From Myxococcales bacterium (GTDB lineage Bacteria; Myxococcota_A; Polyangia; Polyangiales; Houyiibacteriaceae): a stretch of DNA of 42,104 nt. Location of the stretch: positions 1-42,104 of the forward strand of contig JASFKY010000003.1 of assembly GCA_050118395.1 (NCBI GenBank), written 5' to 3'. The translations under genes were made by a program, and so were the position numbers. Positions 39,396-42,104 of the stretch are shown in pieces; position 1 is the first letter of the stretch; the number at the start of each line of letters is the position of its first letter. Below the pieces are notes generated by a model. That model saw only the letters and a program-made list of their open reading frames with translations. It had not been told where the DNA came from and did not search any database.

Positions 39396-42103
39396 CGGAG
39401 CACCCACTGCCGCTCCGCGAAAATTCGGCCGAGCACGCCCCGAAGGTGCACGGCGATGACGAATGCTCCCTCGCGCTCCTCCAGCAAGCCGAGGTGCGCC
39501 AAGCGGCTCAGCTGAGCCTGCGCCGTGTTGACGTCCAGCCTGAACAGTCGGGCCTGGCCCGCCGCATCGATCCAGCCCTGCCGCGCGATCTGGTAGAGAT
39601 TGACCAGGATGTCGTCGGGTAATCGCTTCACCCGGCTGTAGGCGGAGGCTGGGATGGGACCGACGTGCACGATATCGTCCTGGATCCCGCGAATCGAGGC
39701 CAACCAGAGTCGAAGCGAATCGCGCACCAGCCCCCCGGTCGCCTGGTGAAGCTCGTGGAAGTACTGATCGTAGGGTCTTCGGATGCGGCTTGCGCTGCGA
39801 GCAAACAACCCTTCGATCGGCGAGCCATCGCCCCGATCGAAGGAGTGCTCGAAGCCGCTCAGGCGGTGTCTCGCGATCACTGCCGCTTGCAGCTCCTGCT
39901 CGGTCAAGGGCTCGAGATGGATCACTTCGGGAAATGCATCGCGCAACGGGGCCACTGTGGACGCGAAGTTCCAGAAGAGGACGGCGCTGTGCGCGAGCCA
40001 GCGACGGCGACCTCCCTCTTCGATGATGCCCTTGACGAAGCGACGAAGCGGCTCGAAGCCGCCTGGCGCCATCGACAGCATCCAGTGAAGCCCATCGACG
40101 ACGACCAACTGCCCCTCGGGCGCATCCTGAAAAATGGCCTCCACGTCTTGGACGGCCACGGGGCCCGTGAAAACGACGCGACGCACGTTCTTCCATCGGC
40201 GGGCCCGCACGATGGCGCTCGAGACGGCTGCTTTTCCGACGCCGTCCACTCCCACCAGGACCACGGAGCGCAAACGCCCGCGCACCTCGCTCGACAGAAC
40301 CGCTTCTGCACGTCGTATTTCCTCGTCGCGGCCGGTGAGGACGTCGCCTGCCTCCATGGTGTCGGCGGCGAACAGCCGTTTGTAGACCAAGGGCAGATCA
40401 GTCGAAACCTCGGGTGCGGCAAAGCTTCCGGCCGTGAGTTGCTCCGTGGGCAGCGGAAGAGCCAGACCCAGGCGCTCGTTCCACCGTTCGAGCTGTTCCT
40501 CGCCAAACAGCGCGCGCAGGCCGTTTCGAATTTGTCGCTTCAAGCGCTCGATCCGAGGTGGCCTCTCGGCTTTTTCGATCATGCGAAGGCCGCTGGCCGC
40601 GCGTCGCATCGCCTCGAGCCGGGACTTGCTGAACTCGCCCTCCGCCAGCTCTGCGCGGAGCGTTTCGAGGGTGCCGAAAGCCGCTTCATGCATCTCGGTT
40701 TGTACGATTTCAGGCCAGCGCTGCGACTCGATGCGGATCTCTTCGAGCGAGTTGTAGCTGCGCTCGAGCTGGGCGTAGACCATCTCGCGCAAAAGGGTGT
40801 GCATTTCCGGGGGAACGGGCTCATCGTGGACGATCTCGAGCTCGGCCGTCGCCAACTCCACGTTGAACGCGACGACCCGTTCGAGCTCCTGCAGCAAGTT
40901 GGCAAGCGGCTGCACTCGCTCGGCCAGCTCGCGTCGACTGGCCATAAGCTTTGGAGCAACCTGGCTATCGATGTACGTCAGAACCGCCTCCCGGAAGGGA
41001 ACTTCCACCTCCGGAAGCGCCGCGGGCAGACGCCATTCACCGGCCTGCCTCTGGCCGACGGTGACGCGGTACCGGGGCGTCAGACCGCGACAAGCGTCCA
41101 CCAGCGCATCCAAGAGCGGCGCGATCTTCGTGTCGTCGCTCAGGTCCTGATAGAGCTCGCTCGTGACGCGGGCCGCCTCGCCGCTTACCTTGCTCGTGGC
41201 CTCGGTGCTCTTTCGGAGCGCGGTTGCGAGCTGTTCCCCCGAGTAGTCGCTCTCGAGCTCGGTGTTGAGCTCGGCAAGAGCGGTGTCGAGCGTATCGCTC
41301 ACCCGCTCCACCTGAGAAATGGCCCGCCGCTTCACCGTATTGGTGAGCCGGAGCACGTACTCGGCGACACTGTCCTTGACGCGAGCTTCCAGACCCAGCA
41401 GCTCCAGCTCCATTGCGAGGGAAGAATATTCGGCCGAGCTCGCCTTACGCAGATTGGACACGTCCTTGGTCAGCGTCTCCATGGCACGCATGCGCGTGGC
41501 GAAGCGACGACTGGTTCGCCGCTCGCTCGCAGGAAGATCCAGCGTTCCGAAAAAGGGAAGGTCTTCCTTCATGCGGACGAATCCGCTAGCCAGGGCGCTG
41601 GCGGCACGCTGAGTACCCTCGCTGGTAATCCGAAGAACCTCGTCCAAGGCAAGCGCTAGCTCTTCTTCCACGTCTTGGCGCAAGTGCACCAATTGGTTCT
41701 CGAGGTCCGCGTCAGGGTTGGCGCAAATCTCCACGAGGTCGTCGTAGCCCGCAATCACTCCGTCGAACAGACTTCGGGTTCGAGCCGCGAGATGGCGGTC
41801 TGCTTCCACGAAGAGCGCGGCCAGGCCTTCGAGCCTGGCCGGAGCGTCGAACGACAAATGAAAGCGACCCAAGGCGGCGAGGCGAACCTCTCGGGTAGGC
41901 GGGCTCTGCCCGAACGCCTTCCGCCAACCACGCTTCATGCGCAGGAAGTCACGCTTGAGACCCTTCCACAGAGAATCGTCTTCGCGTCTCTGGTACGACC
42001 TGTCCTCGTAGGGGATCGTCACGATCTCGGGCAGGTCTTCCACGACTGCATCGACGCTGCCCAGAATCGTCTCGGGAGTCCAGGTCTGTTTGGAAAGCGT
42101 GAC
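39392..42103 (-). CDS. Large helical protein with C-terminal AAA+-like P-loop domain and winged-helix-like end, 5'-truncated by window edge
   Basis: Frame is open to the right edge. LTGRDEE, LVGVDGVGKA (degenerate Walker A), LVVVDG (Walker B), IHLEPL..QEL...I..RH, TGGLVR and LSRLAHLGLLEE. Confidence 0.8.
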   Translation of the reverse strand, partial: VTLSKQTWTPETILGSVDAVVEDLPEIVTIPYEDRSYQRREDDSLWKGLKRDFLRMKRGWRKAFGQSPPTREVRLAALGRFHLSFDAPARLEGLAALFVEADRHLAARTRSLFDGVIAGYDDLVEICANPDADLENQLVHLRQDVEEELALALDEVLRITSEGTQRAASALASGFVRMKEDLPFFGTLDLPASERRTSRRFATRMRAMETLTKDVSNLRKASSAEYSSLAMELELLGLEARVKDSVAEYVLRLTNTVKRRAISQVERVSDTLDTALAELNTELESDYSGEQLATALRKSTEATSKVSGEAARVTSELYQDLSDDTKIAPLLDALVDACRGLTPRYRVTVGQRQAGEWRLPAALPEVEVPFREAVLTYIDSQVAPKLMASRRELAERVQPLANLLQELERVVAFNVELATAELEIVHDEPVPPEMHTLLREMVYAQLERSYNSLEEIRIESQRWPEIVQTEMHEAAFGTLETLRAELAEGEFSKSRLEAMRRAASGLRMIEKAERPPRIERLKRQIRNGLRALFGEEQLERWNERLGLALPLPTEQLTAGSFAAPEVSTDLPLVYKRLFAADTMEAGDVLTGRDEEIRRAEAVLSSEVRGRLRSVVLVGVDGVGKAAVSSAIVRARRWKNVRRVVFTGPVAVQDVEAIFQDAPEGQLVVVDGLHWMLSMAPGGFEPLRRFVKGIIEEGGRRRWLAHSAVLFWNFASTVAPLRDAFPEVIHLEPLTEQELQAAVIARHRLSGFEHSFDRGDGSPIEGLFARSASRIRRPYDQYFHELHQATGGLVRDSLRLWLASIRGIQDDIVHVGPIPASAYSRVKRLPDDILVNLYQIARQGWIDAAGQARLFRLDVNTAQAQLSRLAHLGLLEEREGAFVIAVHLRGVLGRIFAERQWVLR

Positions 42104-42104
42104 G

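Noticed and set aside
39665-41659. 664-aa plus-strand ORF, and similar long antisense ORFs (7103-8176, 27380-28576, 28676-29938, 37255-38727)
   Set aside because: They lie antisense to well-supported genes, have no recognisable motifs and are expected in high-GC DNA.

Overview
GC-rich, gene-dense bacterial chromosome segment, most consistent with Myxococcota (Polyangia-like). The taxonomy is inferred from a Myxococcus-type LexA box, the mevalonate pathway and Cys-rich lipoprotein/DUF2505-type genes. Left to right: (1) an N-type ATPase operon in the diagnostic order atpD-C-Q-R-B-E-F-A, running off the left edge, preceded by a structured riboswitch-like leader; (2) a divergent envelope/signalling operon (DUF4388-like, Omp85/BamA-like, DUF4390-like, NtrY-like kinase, TlpA) followed by a degenerate Fic protein; (3) an operon of OCD/alanine dehydrogenase, a secreted Fam20C/four-jointed-like kinase, aguA, aguB and thiE; (4) a MAPEG gene; (5) a LexA-boxed imuA-imuB-dnaE2 mutasome, an NTT/TLC-like transporter, an Fpg/Nei glycosylase, dppBC-like permeases and a Cys-rich lipoprotein; (6) Slt, a PP2C phosphatase and a DUF2505-like gene; (7) divergent ggt/gshB; (8) the lower mevalonate pathway with a prenyl synthase and fni; (9) an MscS-family gene coupled to a large degenerate AAA+ protein that runs off the right edge. 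No tRNA, rRNA, CRISPR array or transposase was seen. The most interesting items are the bacterial Fam20-like secreted kinase, the candidate cation (Na+) riboswitch on the N-ATPase leader, an ATC in place of the expected atpA start codon, and the pseudo-AAA+/MscS pair. All family calls come from motif recognition by eye; no searches were run.
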